Shown piece by piece: positions 1 through 14,823 of a DNA stretch of 37,383 bases. The notes beneath the pieces were generated by a model, which saw only the letters and a list, made by a program, of their open reading frames with translations, did no database searches and was not told where the DNA came from. Every line of letters begins with the position of its first letter. Positions within the stretch are counted from its first letter, which is position 1. The position numbers and the translations under genes were made by a program. The DNA lies in NCBI GenBank assembly GCA_900617105.1, contig UYFQ01000843.1:62001-99383 (forward strand), written 5' to 3'. This DNA is from Hydrurus foetidus. Taxonomy: Eukaryota.

Positions 1-193
1 CTGGGAGCTTGAAGCTCTCTGACCAGATGGACAGGCACTGCCCACAGCTGCTGTAGCACAGAGGGGGACCTCCTAAACGACGCCCTGGGGGAGATGAGTG
101 TTTGGGTGGAAAGGGTTAGAGGGCAAGATGGAGGTAGGGGTAGGGGTAGGGAGCGTGAGTGATTAGGAGGAAAGAGATTAGTGAGAGAGGTGG

Positions 194-280
<87 letters not shown>

Positions 281-2903
281 GAAGAGAGAGAGAGAGACAG
301 AGAGACAGAGAATGAGGAAGAGAGAGAGGGAGAGAGTGATGGAGTTAGAGAGGAGACATGGAAAGAAAAGAACATTACTATCGGAAACTGTCGCGATAAT
401 ATGTTTAGGTAGAGCAGATGGACAGATGTGCATAAAGAACAATGAAGACAGTGAGATGTAGGTGACAGATAGAGAGATCAGACTAGAAGAATGGAAGAGC
501 ATAAGACCCCAGACAAGACAGATCGCTCCTTTTTCTCACCTGTGACAGCTAGAGACAAAGCGACAAGCAGGAAGGAGAAGGACAGTACAGGGAGCAATTT
601 AGGACTGAAGAATTCTTCCACAGACGCTTTGAAGGTGTGTTTGAATCGACCAAACCCAGGAACGAGAAGATTAGCCCTCCTAAGGAATGAGAAAAAATAG
701 AGGAAGGAGGGCAGAGAGGAAACGCAGTGAGAGATAGAAGGATAAAGGAAAAAATAGAGGAAGGAGGGCAGAGAGGAAACGCAGTGAGAGATAGAAGGAT
801 AAAGGAAAAAATAGAGGAAGGAGGGCAGAGAGGAAACGCAGTGAGAGATAGAAGGATAAAGGAAAAAATAGAGGAAGGATGCAGAGAGGAAATCAGAGAG
901 AGATAGAAGGATAAAGGAAAAAATAGAGGAAGGAGGGCAGAGAGGAAACGCAGTGAGAGATAGAAGGATAAAGGGAAAAATAGAGGAAGGAGGGCAGAGA
1001 GGAAACGCAGTGAGGGATAGAAGGATAAAGGGAAAAATAGAGGAAGGAGGGCAGAGAGGAAACGCAGTGAGAGATAGAAGGATAAAGGAAGGAGGAAGGA
1101 GGGAGAGAGGAAGGAGAGAGAAAGGGATAAAGGAAGGAGAAGAGGAGGAGGGAAGAATAGGAGGGGAGGAAGAGGATGCGGAAAGGAAGGAAAGGAGGAG
1201 GATGATGGGGGGGGGAATGGTGGAATGGATGGAAATGAGACACAGAAATGGAAATCACATCATCACCTACTGAGTCTAGACTCTCACCTGGTACCGATGA
1301 GCACTAAAGTGTTATAGAAGCCCCACACGCAGATGGGAAACACAGCGTACAGCCGATTGCCGCTGAAGGAAAAGGGCGCCAATGATGCAATGCATATTGA
1401 AAAGTGGGTCGCGAGATCCCACTGGTAAATATTGGTGGTGTAGAGATAATTAGGTGGTGATAAGATAATTAGATGATGATAAGAAATATTGATGAATAGT
1501 GTTTTGAATATTAAGGTGGGCAGTTCCGTTACCCCGCGATAACAAAAACATTGATTCCGGAGTTATTCTGTTTGTTCCGTTAAATGTCATTACTTCTCTT
1601 CAGGTACGATTGATTTTCAAAGAAATATTATATTATGATGCTATGATTATCATGCTCTGTTCAGTTCAGTTCAGTTCAGTTCAATTCTCTACTTTGTGCC
1701 ATGACCCGCATTGACGCGAAATAGTGGTAGTCAGTCAGGGCGTTGTAGAATCACGTGCAGTGCAGTAGATTGCTATCTATGGTTGAGTCGTGTTGTACCT
1801 GAAAGGTGAATTTGTGCACTCTCAAGTTGAAGTTTCTAAGCAGCGCAGAGCCGGAGAGATACACCCACACTCGAGCCATGCCAGTCACCGGACCCGAACT
1901 AGATCGGATCAAAGGAAAAATAAAAAAAGAGGAACAGAAAGAAGATGAGAAGAGATGAAAAGTGAAGAGATGATGAAATGATAAGAGAAAAAGGGAAGAA
2001 AAAGAAGAAGTGAAGAGAAAAGAAAATGAGAAGGGAAGTGACGAGTACAGTAGATAAGAGAAAAAGAAGAAGGTTATGATGAGATTGTCATTTTACAAAG
2101 ATATTTCATTGAGAGTAGTGGGAAAAGGCAACTCAGCATGGTAGGTGTCGCGTATCGCATTACCGTAACGAGGGACATGCAGGTTAATAAGATCAAGGCA
2201 GACATGAAGGCATATACACATCCAAGAAGCGTGGCTACAACCGAATGCACGATTGGCAGTATTTAGATGAGAGAGGCAAATTTGACTCTTCGTATGATGA
2301 GATGAGACCAAATGCACGAACTGTGAGACACACGATCTCTCACTCAGTCTCACATCATCAACTAACTCTCATACGCAGTCAAACACATACACACGCACGC
2401 ACCACACACACACACACTCATATTTGTTGAGGGACAGATAGATTGATAAAAACAGTAAGTGTTCTATAATATCTCCTGGCATTTTGTTCACAGTGGATTC
2501 TTGAAATGAAAAGTGCGCTTTGAATAAGTACAGTTCAATTCAACGTAAGTATTCTATTCAGCTAATGGCCAATTTCTGCATCAGGATGCAATTTTATTTG
2601 ATAAAGTGCGATTAATTGCGCTGTAAGATTGCTTGCAAAGGTGCTACTCTGTGTCATGTGAAGCGATTTGATGGTATATGATAGTATGTGAAATGCTATT
2701 TCATATGATGAGATATGATACATTATTATGTGATATGGTATGACGTGTGATCATATGTCAGTTGATGATATGAGTACGTGATGTCATGTGATGTTATGTC
2801 GTACTATATTATGTTGTATCATGTGATAAGATGTTTCGATGACGTACCTCCCTTCCGACCCATCGGATGATTCTGGATCTCTCCTCAAAGGCGTGTGCGT
2901 CAC
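1..2903 (-). CDS. Multi-exon gene of unknown function, probably a membrane protein; runs off the window at its 3' end and the 5' start is not located
   Basis: Six GT-AG-bounded exons (2903-2848, 2234-2097, 1898-1799, 1421-1288, 679-540, 84-1) join in one open frame with consistent phases: VTHTPLRRDPESSDGSEGSHASWMCICLHVCLDLINLHVPRY...ARVWVYLSGSALLRNFNLRVHKFTFQWDLATHFSICIASLAPF...LLPVLSFSFLLVALSLAVTGRRLGGPPLCYSSCGQC. Several hydrophobic stretches. Family not recognised. Confidence 0.6.
197..275. repeat. (GA)n microsatellite, intronic
   Basis: Pure AG dinucleotide run, followed by degenerate GA-rich sequence. Confidence 0.95.
691..1090. repeat. 57-bp minisatellite, about 7 copies, intronic
   Basis: Unit GAAAAAATAGAGGAAGGAGGGCAGAGAGGAAACGCAGTGAGAGATAGAAGGATAAAG starts at 691, 748, 805 and onward. 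Confidence 0.9.
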
Positions 2904-4004
2904 CTGCACGTATTAGTGATACATTTGAGCTCTTGTTGTGTTTCCATCATAACGTATGTCATCATCTTTTAATGCAGTTTATTTCGTGAATTAGACAGAT
3001 TTAAGAAGTGTCTTTAATATTCAACGATTACTACAGTACCTAAAGTGTCAATAAAGACAGCAGCTCAGTATGCGATCACACTCACGTATACGATACATAC
3101 AAAATCTAGAATACAAAAGGCACTGGATCTTCATCAGTTATTTACGATGCATGATCAATTGACTACATCACGCATCTCACAGTTGACATCGGATTTTACG
3201 ATTCAAATTTGCGCTCCCCTGTAATCAATCAACATCTCAGTAGCTACTCAATCAAGAAGCCTCGTGTCACATCATCACAGTAGCCACAACTTGACAGCTT
3301 CGGTGCTTGCGAAAAAACACATGTAAAACAGAATTTAAACATTGCTCAACTCAGCGAAGTGCAAACATTGCAGAGCTCACTGTTTAGACTAAGTTACAAC
3401 ATACAACGACCAATTGTATACACCAAAGACTCTGATGTTATTTCGGATCAGAAAGTAACATTCTGCTACAGAGGTTACCCTCCTTACCTTTCTGTTCCTG
3501 ACAACTCCACTCAACAAGGTAACATCCATTATGATGAAGTTATTTTCCAGTTCTTGTACGAATGCTTGATAGATTCCTCGTCTTCACATGAAAGTTGCTT
3601 GTCCAGAAAAGCGCGTAATTCCCTGTCGCTTTTGAAATAAGACTGTTGACAAAGCTCCCACTCTTGAAATATCCTCCACTGACAAAAACTAAAATTTCAA
3701 TCACTTTGTAGAAAGTCGGGTGCTTGCCAGACTTCTCTCTCTTTTCCAATCAGATACCTTGAAATTGACACTCAGGAATGATCAGAATTCGATATGTATT
3801 CCAATAACAGCGTTTTAAAATATGATGCCTCTGTTGGTATGATGATCTGTTTTCGAAGTATTTTCGGTGAAGTCCAAAGTCCACATAGTACTGAAACTTT
3901 CACATCAGAAAATGGGGCGGAATGCGGAATAATTTCGGTAAATATATTGGGATGTACACATGAACGAACGATCCAAAGAATAGCTTCTAAAAATTAAAAA
4001 TTGA

Positions 4005-5906
<1,902 letters not shown>

Positions 5907-6251
5907 AGGCGTCGCTGATGGTCTGAATACTTTTGATCTCAAACGAATTACATTTCTTACTTTTCTCGTCTTTCTTTCCTTCGTAACATCAAAATGGTAC
6001 CTTTCGCAGAATCAAACATTTCGCATATTCAGGTCTCAGTATTTTAGTGATGTCCGTATACATTACAGGCATGACTAGGTTTCTACAGTCGATGATTCCG
6101 GTATTAGTTGGACTCCGTACTCGCAACAGGATAACGTGACTACATCTCCACAGTATATCTCGATCTCCAAAAAAGCAGCGTGTTTCTTTCGGTCAATGTT
6201 TCTTAAAGGTTTAGCAAGTAGAAGTAGTCACTATGAACAGTTGTCATAAAG

Positions 6252-6901
6252 TTAGACGGCGGTCACTCTTGTATAAATTCTCTGTTTGTTGTGTGTCTCA
6301 ACAACGGCGATCTTTCCCTCCTGTAGTGTAGTGACGAAGTGGATTCATGTGAGGTGTTTCAATTGTGGCCGTGGTTGGTGTGTAATGCAGTGTGGTGAGA
6401 GTTAGTTACCTCAGCAAGGAACTTGCAAGCTGCGCGGGCGAGGGAGGAGTTGATCTTCAAGCGCTCGACAAGGGCGGATGGGGTTACTAGCTTCATCTGT
6501 TGGTCGGTGTAGTCGATTTTTGGATTAGTCAACTGTGGGTGTCTCACGAGTGCACATAATAGCCAGAATTCTACAAGGAGTGTACGCATTTGGTGTTGAC
6601 GCACCTTTGGGACTTCAGCTTGTAATCTGTTCCAGCCATCCTCGTCAAAGAGTACTTTCGCGTTAATCTTTTCCCTCATCTTTCCCTTATTCCACTTCTT
6701 CTTCTTGGCCTTACCACCGGCCAAGGCAGCTTGCATCTTCTGCTCCTTGGTCTTCTGCTGAACTTTTGGCCCCTACGTGTCATTTAGTTGACGAATTTCG
6801 TTGAGTGGAGTTTCTCCTTCGGATGATTAATCTTTCGACTTCCTTCAGTGAATTTGAACGAAATTAACATGCTGCGGACGAGGAAATATAGCGCGTACCA
6901 T
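6252..6901 (-). CDS. RPS25: 40S ribosomal protein eS25, 4 coding exons
   Basis: Exons 6901-6899 (ATG only), 6772-6605, 6496-6410, 6320-6252. Protein MGPKVQQKTKEQKMQAALAGGKAKKKKWNKGKMREK...EVPKMKLVTPSALVERLKINSSLARAA...IYTRVTAV*. Confidence 0.95.
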
Positions 6902-7774
6902 GTTGTTGCCTCAAGTATAGAAGAGAACTGTTTCTTACGGGAAACTCGACCTATTGGAAGATATGTCTGTATGAGATGTCGGGAGAGGGAAGAAGCAACT
7001 CCCAGTAATCTGATGGAGTCGAAAATAGCTCTGGAGAAAATATTCAAAAGATATCATAGGCAGTCATAAAAGAATCGTGTGGCGTGAAGACGTCCCAAAA
7101 AACAAAAACAAAAAACCGGTTTGAGCCGTGTGATTCTTGGATCCAGATTCCTGGTCACACAAGACTGCGAATGTACGGTATGTACGCTCCATTGTTGCCT
7201 GAGCAGAATTTTCTCGTTTAATTTAAGAATTTTGAGGAGCACCTGCATAGTGTGGAAGCCACTGATGGGTGACTCATTTCAGAAACCAAGTAAATTGGCT
7301 CAGTAACTCGTAGTTTAACATGTTTCCGATCGGATTACACTGACGACTGTCCCTCACTTCAACTAGATCCTGTCCCTCATGTTGGTGCATGTGAGGGGCA
7401 TTAAAGCAGTTATCGCATGAAGAAAAACTGATATTTGGTGATTAAAGAGTCACAATTCGTACTGCAGATTTTCGCAGAATGTCTCCTGCTAGGACCCATA
7501 ACATATTCCAGTAAGAGTACGTTAAAATTATTTGGACAAATTATTTTACCGAATATGTCATCGCCTATTTTTTCTGTAAAGTTTTTGTTAAGCTTCCTTC
7601 TAACCTTCGCAATGACAGTATCAGCTGTGCAGTATATCTCCTAACTATTTCATGAAATAGAAGAAGGAAGAAAGGGTTCCTATTTTCAGTGATGATGTAG
7701 CAAGAAACACACTACAGCACAATTAATATTACATCAAAACAATACACAGTACACGTGATGACAATGGTCGACAA

Positions 7775-8706
7775 TCAAAAATGATTGAAAGATTCCGCAT
7801 TCTTGGCGATTCCTTCGTAATCCACATTCTTGTACAGTTGGTTCTTTTTCGCAAAGTTGATTACTTCTTTGTCGAAATGGTCTACTTTTACGGCAGGTAT
7901 CAGAGAGCAATCGTCATGCTCGAGCATTTTGAATAGGAGAACTGCCGAGATGTTTTCTGGAATTCTAGGGCACAAATGAGGAATGTAAAACGTGACATAG
8001 TTACTCAAGAGTATCAAGATTTGATCCCACTAATTGTAGGATGTAATGACTTTTCAAGGGTTAAGTTATCGACTGATCCATATCGTATCACTAAAATGAT
8101 TGCAAACATCAGCATACCTGTGTCTTCCTACGCTGACCATAAAGTCCGACAATCCCTCAGGACGTATTTTGTTCTTCCCATCAATTGGGTCATGTCGTGC
8201 CACGAGGCGGTCAAAGGTATACAGAGAGCACTGAAGGAGAGAATATAAATACACACCCAGTTATCATGATGATAAGAATCACATTAGCTTTCAGTTACCA
8301 AGTGATCAGAAGCTGATGTTGATGAAATGGATCTTTTCAATTACTCTGCTTTAGCAAATATTGACGCACCGGCAGGGAAGGAGCTGGAGGTGGAACTTGA
8401 GTGTCAACTATCAACAGAAATTCTCCGAGAGTGACATTCGTCGGCATACTGAGTAAGTCGACGTCAAATCCTACCATATGGCATGAAATATGGAGGTTTC
8501 ATTAGTGTTATTATTCGGTTACAAGCGTTCTGCATTGTGCGTCGACGGGAACTACCAAGTGCAGTCAGTAGCTTCCGTGCGTAATGTGCCGAAATCTTGC
8601 CATTCGATTTAAGATCATACATTTTGAACATTCTCGTTATGGAGGTGCTCTCTGCAACTGATATTCTATTCAACGCTGGTAATTTTGGAGCGTTGACTCC
8701 GATCAT
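7775..8706 (-). CDS. Divergent EF-hand (calmodulin/centrin-like) protein, about 184 aa, 4 exons
   Basis: Exons 8706-8556, 8470-8370, 8230-8118, 7964-7775 splice in frame. RMFKMYDLKSNGKISAHYARKLLTALG is an EF-hand-like loop; degenerate later hands (VTLGEFLLIV, IRPEGLSDFM). Start codon is the best guess. Confidence 0.7.
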
Positions 8707-9730
8707 GATAACTTTACTCGAGTGTTGTATCACATTAAAGATATTGATGTGTCGTAAGAATCAATTTCGTTACGTCTGCCTCCAAAATTGATCCTTCAGC
8801 TGCAAAACTACAAGCCATGCACAGAGCAGCTAGTCGTATGCGCCATGTCGCTTCGTTGCCGATCGGTTATGAGACGACGTGACTTGAAGCCTCAAACTGA
8901 ACGGAACGCTGTGTAGCTGAGTGCTGAGTCGAGATCGATTCAATTCTCCCGAGATGACGGTTTCGTTTTCCATTGTGTGCTAATATCCGTTTAAAAACAG
9001 AGTGTCGGTTATAACTCCCGTCGCTGAAGACTCTGGATTTTTGGAGTCTGAGATCAGATAGACGTTCAGTTTGAAATTTAACCTATCTTCCACATATTCA
9101 TGATCTCTCTGCAAGGTGCAATGAAAATGTTGGGTCGGTCAGATAAGATGAAATCTAAGTACCAACTAATTCATCTCGGAGTAGTATTTTAATACATCAT
9201 ATTCATCTCCGTGGAATATAATTCTAAGCGATATTATCTGTTATTTTCATAAGACATATCTGTCGCTGATGCTACAATACTTTTTGATTCTTATTTGTTT
9301 CGCCTTGTAAGCAACACTAACTATCGTAAACTTCCTCGCATCTCACTTGTTCACTGAGCTCACTCGTGAAATACTGATACATCACTGATTAAGGCTACTT
9401 TTAGTTCATGACATTATCATATTGTCATGTGTAACGACTGGCTGACTTTTCGAGATGATGTAGCGTATTTAGCGTTGTAAGCGACTACATGTCGGTGACA
9501 GTCAGATAATATTTGTTGTTTTTGCTTTCACTTCATTTCGGAGCTTAAGACGGGTTAAATTATGTTAGCGGTCATGTCAGACTAGTTCAGTTAACAACTA
9601 TCGTTGCACTGCTCTGTATGCCTATCACATGACTTACATGTAAAATTACAGACTACCGTATGATATTTTTTCGAATCAGATTTCTTAGCGAGTTTGGAGT
9701 GTAACACTATTTTGAAGAGTCACGGAGTGA

Positions 9731-9916
9731 TTACTTTCGGAATTGTGTTAAGTTGTCTTTCATTGATTTGATTTGATCTAAATGAGAGACGTATTGAACT
9801 TTTGATAGACGTGCTTTAAGATTGTGTTGTTCTACATTCCGTATTGCACTGTGCTCTGCAGCATCGTATGGCGTATATGATAGTCCTGTGTAAGGCTTCA
9901 GTGCACGTACTCTCAA
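9731..9916 (-). CDS. Possible terminal exon of an unknown gene
   Basis: Non-repetitive protein-like ORF (LKPYTGLSYTPYDAAEHSAIRNVEQHNLKARLSKVQYVSHLDQIKSMKDNLTQFRK*). Upstream exons could not be joined confidently. Confidence 0.3.
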   Translation of the reverse strand: MRVRALKPYTGLSYTPYDAAEHSAIRNVEQHNLKARLSKVQYVSHLDQIKSMKDNLTQFRK

Positions 9917-9990
9917 CTCTGTTTCATACTGTACAGATCATAGCGAAACTGCTTTGTACGTTGCGGAGCAGTGAGGATGCATGGGAAGTG

Positions 9991-10287
9991 GTGCAGTACA
10001 GTGCAGTGCAGTACAATGCAGTACAATGCAGTGCAGTACAATACAGCGCAGTGCAGTGCAGTACAGCGCAGTGCAGTACAGTGTAGTGCAGTACAGCGCA
10101 GTACAATGCAGTGCAGTGCAGTACAATACAGCGCAGTGCAGTGCAGTACAGCGCAGTGCAGTACAGTGTAGTGCAGTACAATACAGTGCAGTGCAGTGCA
10201 GTGCAGTACAATACAGCGCAGTGCAGTACAGCGCAGTGCAGTACAGTGCAGTGCAGTACTATACAGCGCAGTACAGTGCAGTACAAT
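9991..10287. repeat. Degenerate pentanucleotide repeat (CAGTG/CAGTA/CAGCG/CAATA)
   Basis: Direct reading; it produces the spurious CTALH/VQYSA ORFs. Confidence 0.93.
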
Positions 10288-11710
10288 GTGGAGTAGTATC
10301 GTGAGAATATCCGCCACATCAAATTAGACCAGTTCACATAGCGTGGTGTGCCTTGAGATCGGACAATATGGATTCCTCTGTAGAAGCATTCGGAGCAGAT
10401 TACATGTCTTGATCGACAGACAGTGATCGTCTGGCAGCGTTGCATGCCACTATCCGTGAATGGAAGTGATCTACATTTCGGTTTATTAGCCATACTATGC
10501 TCTTGTATGTGAGTCGGTATGACGGTTCAATTCGAAAGATTATCACGAAATTGTCTTAGATTTCAATATTGTTCTTCTTATGCTAACGTTGGAAGGCATT
10601 TTATTCCCTCTCATGAGTCACATGCATGCTCCGTAGTGAATTGGTCTACCGTTACTTCTGTCGCAACCACAGCTTTTATTCTGGACTCACAGAAGCCTCG
10701 AATTCGTATCTTTCATGGATGACAGGTCGTATAGCCCTGTCTTTCAATGGTTGCATGTCTTCATCAGTGAAGGTTTTTCACATTTGGAGTGCGTTTTTTT
10801 TTTCTCTGTTCTCACCCCTAATGGATTGCCATCCTTATTCTTCAGTGTTATCAGCCCTGTTGAAGCTCAGTGTATTGAATCATCAAATAAAATCTTCTCC
10901 CACCTTTCTCTCATAGCTTTAAAATCAATAAGTCGCTGTTACTTTTCTCAGATCTATTGGCCTTACCTGAAACTATTCTATGATTCCGTTACAATCTGAA
11001 ACACCATCTAATTTTTGTTTTGAATCAATCAGTTTGTTGCTGTATAATGTCTGGACGCCTTCCACCCAACGAATATATCATCAGCAGTTATCATGTCATA
11101 TCAGAACTTGATTTTATTGACCTAAAAAATTGTAATTTTGCAACGACATTATTTGTTTTAATCGGATTCTAAACGCAACTATAATCATCCGTAGTTTGAT
11201 TACTATTTGAAAAATTGATAAAACGAATTCAATTTCAATTTCATTTTCGGGGTGGTTACATATTTATTTTAATTTCGTTTGCTTTAATCAATTATAGCAT
11301 TTCGATTACTCCTGCGTCATCTTAAGTGCTCAATTTGCCGCAATGTCTATTTTTTAAGTCGCCGTAATATGATAGTTGTTGCATGTGATGCTGACAATAT
11401 ATTATTTTGTTACATTCGTTCTTAGTTCGCAATTCAGTTTATCATAATATTCTAAAAATACTTTTTGAGTGATAAAAGTTTGAGGTCGAGAAATTTCTTG
11501 AAAGTCAGTCAGATTCCACAGATCGGGTCGGGTCGGGTGGGTCGGATTGAAGTGGGTTAAACTAGTTTGAATTGAGTTGGCGGAGTAGAGTGAAATAGTG
11601 GACTAGAAATGACGTAGCGCGATACACTGCAATGGCGCTTCTTCCTCTTACGCACTCAAGTCAAGTGGTCTGTCTTCCTTCCTTTAAGTCCCGCACTACA
11701 CTGTGTCATA

Positions 11711-14594
11711 TTACGGTAAGCTGCAATTGCGCTGTACTACTTGTTGTCTTCTCGTCTTACCTTTCTTAGTGTTGCAGTTGCAACAGTGCGGTGATTCACT
11801 CATTACCATCTTTCTCTTCATCAATACCCTCCTACTCCGACTTCTGCTCCTTACACGACTCTGAGCATCATTGCCGTTACCCTCTGCACGATCTCCATCA
11901 CCCACTTCGTTTTCTCTGCCTCTCTTTCTGCCACCTTGATCAGACATTGGGTTATTGGTATTACTGCTTACTTCATCTTCGTGTCTTCTCTCATCGTTCA
12001 TTCTCCCTTCCCCCTTACTGTCATGCTCCATTGCCATTCCACCCTCTCCCCCCTTCACCCCCCCACTGGCCATTCCCCCCATTCCACCCTCCTGACCCCA
12101 TTCCAGAAACCACCACCACCCTGACTGCCCTCCGCGATGTATGGCCTGCCCTGATTGAGGGGACGATTAAAATGACCCCTCCCTCCCTGCATCTGTCCTT
12201 CTGGTCTGAAAGCACCACGTCCACCGAAGGAATGTTGTTGATGTTGGGTTGGCTGTGACATGTGATAATTGCCTCCGTGACTCTGCGTGAGTCTCTCATT
12301 CTCTAGTGCACCTGCACCCCACCCAGCAGTAGTGTTTGACCCCCTGACAGCCCCTACAACACTGCTCAATACCGGACCCTTCACAAGTGGTACATCTCTC
12401 CTCTCCCTCTCTATGCTACCCCTGAAATTATCCCCTCTCCCACTCCCACCAGGACCTACACCAGGACCTACACCTCGTGCGTCCATGTGAGCATTGGATG
12501 CTGGTCGACCTCTCTGAGAGAAAGAAGTTGGACCGGATCCTGAACCTTGCAGATTTCTGGTATTGCCATTGGGATTGAAGCGGTCAAATGGCACGGAACC
12601 TGGACTGTGATTCTGTCCCTGAATTCCTACATGGTGAGAAGGGTTGAAGGGCTGTACACCGCGCTTATCGTATTGATTCATTGTTTGGCTTGGGTGTTGG
12701 GTGGGGTGGCCGTTACTCTCTTGATGATGTTGCTGTTGGTGGTGCTGTGGGTAGTGTTGTTGGTGATCGTTGTGCATTTGATTGCCTTGAAAGTTGTCAT
12801 GGAATGGTCGACCTTGATTGTGGTTCTGATTGTGGTGTACATTAGGGTGCACGCTACCATGTCCCCCGGCCCCTCCCCCTCTGGATGGCATGTCGTGGGA
12901 GTACCAACATGCATCTCCTCTGAAGCACACGCCCTTGGTCTCCATCTCAAAGCAATGTCTCCCTTTCAGGTTCCTCTCACCGAATGGCATTCCATTTCCA
13001 TTTCCATTCACACTACCCCCTGGCATTGTGCCCTGGCCGGGTAATGGTCCTTGGTTGTGGGGCCCCTGTCCAAATGATGATCCCTGTCCGTGTCCCTGTG
13101 CCTGTCCTTGTGCTGGTCCCTGTCCATGTCGTTGTGCTCCCATCTTGTTGTCTTGCGGCATCTGACTATTGTTCCTTAGGTTGATGTGCATGTTCAGGTG
13201 TGAGTTGTGGCCCTGTCTGTCATCATGTTGCTGTGACGACACGTGTTGGCCCCTTAAAGCGTCATCTTGGCCGTGTCTTTCTCTCTCTCTCCCCCTGTCA
13301 TCATTCTTATGAGAGGAACGTTCTTTGTCTTTCTTCCCCCTGCTGCCTCTGGAGCTGCGGGATCCACTCCGGCTGTGGCTATGGCTACTGCGGCTGCTGC
13401 TGTCGGAACTTCCAGTAGATCCGGTAGACCCGGTGCTTCCATTACTGCTGTTGGATCGACTCCGACTTCTGCGGGGATTAAAAGGGAAAGATAAAATGTG
13501 GGACAAAGTAAGACAAGAGGGGTGATGTTTTTAAAGATTTGCAGTGTAAATTCCACGTGAAGCTACGCAGAATTCGGTGACTCAAAAATGAGTGTTTCAA
13601 TAAGGAAAAAAAGATGTTCCTGCTGTCGTCATTTTTATCAGTCGCATTACCGTCTTCTTCTCTCTCTGCGTTCAGGTGCTTCTTCTGTAAGTGGACCGGG
13701 ACCTGATTCCGGACCCTGCGTCGCATTCACCAATAGAATCTCAGCTATTGCAAGAATGATAAGAAAGTGTGAGGGCAGGTCAAGATGATGTGTTTCTCAC
13801 TTCTAGGCACGACAACTTTCGTTGGGAGTAATGAGACTGTTCTGAATAAATCATATACAGCGGAATCTTGCGCAATATTTTTCGAAAGGAAAACAGTCCT
13901 AGGTACGACGAGAGGTAGCTTACCAAGATTTGGACCCAATACACATGATAATTACACACCTTCTGTTTTGTGCATGTACCAGCAGTCGCTGCCTCTTGCG
14001 CATGTTCCTCTGTTCTTAAATTCGTAGCAGAATCTTTTTCCCATGGCGATTTTCTTCTCCTCCTCGGTGCTCCCAGGGTACAAGTCAGCAACAGGCCGCT
14101 CCTTTTGAAAATGTGACCGGGGCCTTGTTGAATGCTGAGGTCTGCCATAAATATTAACATGGATATGAACAACTGCGGATTTTGGCGCAGTTAAACGTTC
14201 CAGCGATTTCAAATGGTATGATATCTAACTTGGCGACAGAAAGCGATTTAACAGGATGAAATCGTGGTCGCTGGTACCATGTGAATTTTTCTGACTACCT
14301 TAAATTTCCGGTGGAATCATGTATGTTTTTACAGCTGTCACCAAATCTGCAACCCTGCGCCGATGCGAAAAATGTGCAAGGGACAGGACCTCGCACAGGA
14401 CCTTGGAAATAGCCCGGATCATTAAAGCCATGATCGAAGTTCATGGGTGGCCCCATGTTATCCATTCGATCTCTAAAATTGCCTCGTCCTCCATCAAATC
14501 TTCCATCTCCTCTGCCGTCAAATCGGCCACCTCCTTGACCTCCGAATCTGCCTCCCATTCCGCCACCGGGTCTCTCATTGCCCATGAAACTCAT
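11711..14594 (-). CDS. CCCH zinc-finger, RGG/RS/QH-rich putative RNA-binding protein; as written it stops at 12055, and extends to 11711 only if a 1-nt frameshift is corrected
   Basis: Exons 14594-14299, 14141-13960, 13744-13651, 13468-12055 join in frame. Three C-x8-C-x5-C-x3-H-type fingers: CTFFASAQGCRFGDSCKNIH, CYEFKNRGTCARGSDCWYMH, CFEMETKGVCFRGDACWYSH. Confidence 0.8.
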
Positions 14595-14823
14595 GGGGCC
14601 TTCGATATTGTAGGATGTGGAGAGTTGAGTAGATTCGATGTAAACCACACAGTGAAACCACTCAGCGCTCAGCAGACACATCAGGAGACAGCAGGCAGCG
14701 GACAGAGTAAAAATATCCATAAATTGCATCTATATATATGGATATCATCTAAAATTCGGAATCGCGTCAGCATTACTGTACAGTTGATTTCACTGTACGG
14801 GCAACGGTTTCGTACTGTGTATA

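Noticed and set aside
116..1273. ER-, SL- and similar low-complexity ORFs (also 9913-10493, 19435-20100, 21775-22134, 35044-35580)
   Set aside because: Translations of microsatellites and minisatellites.
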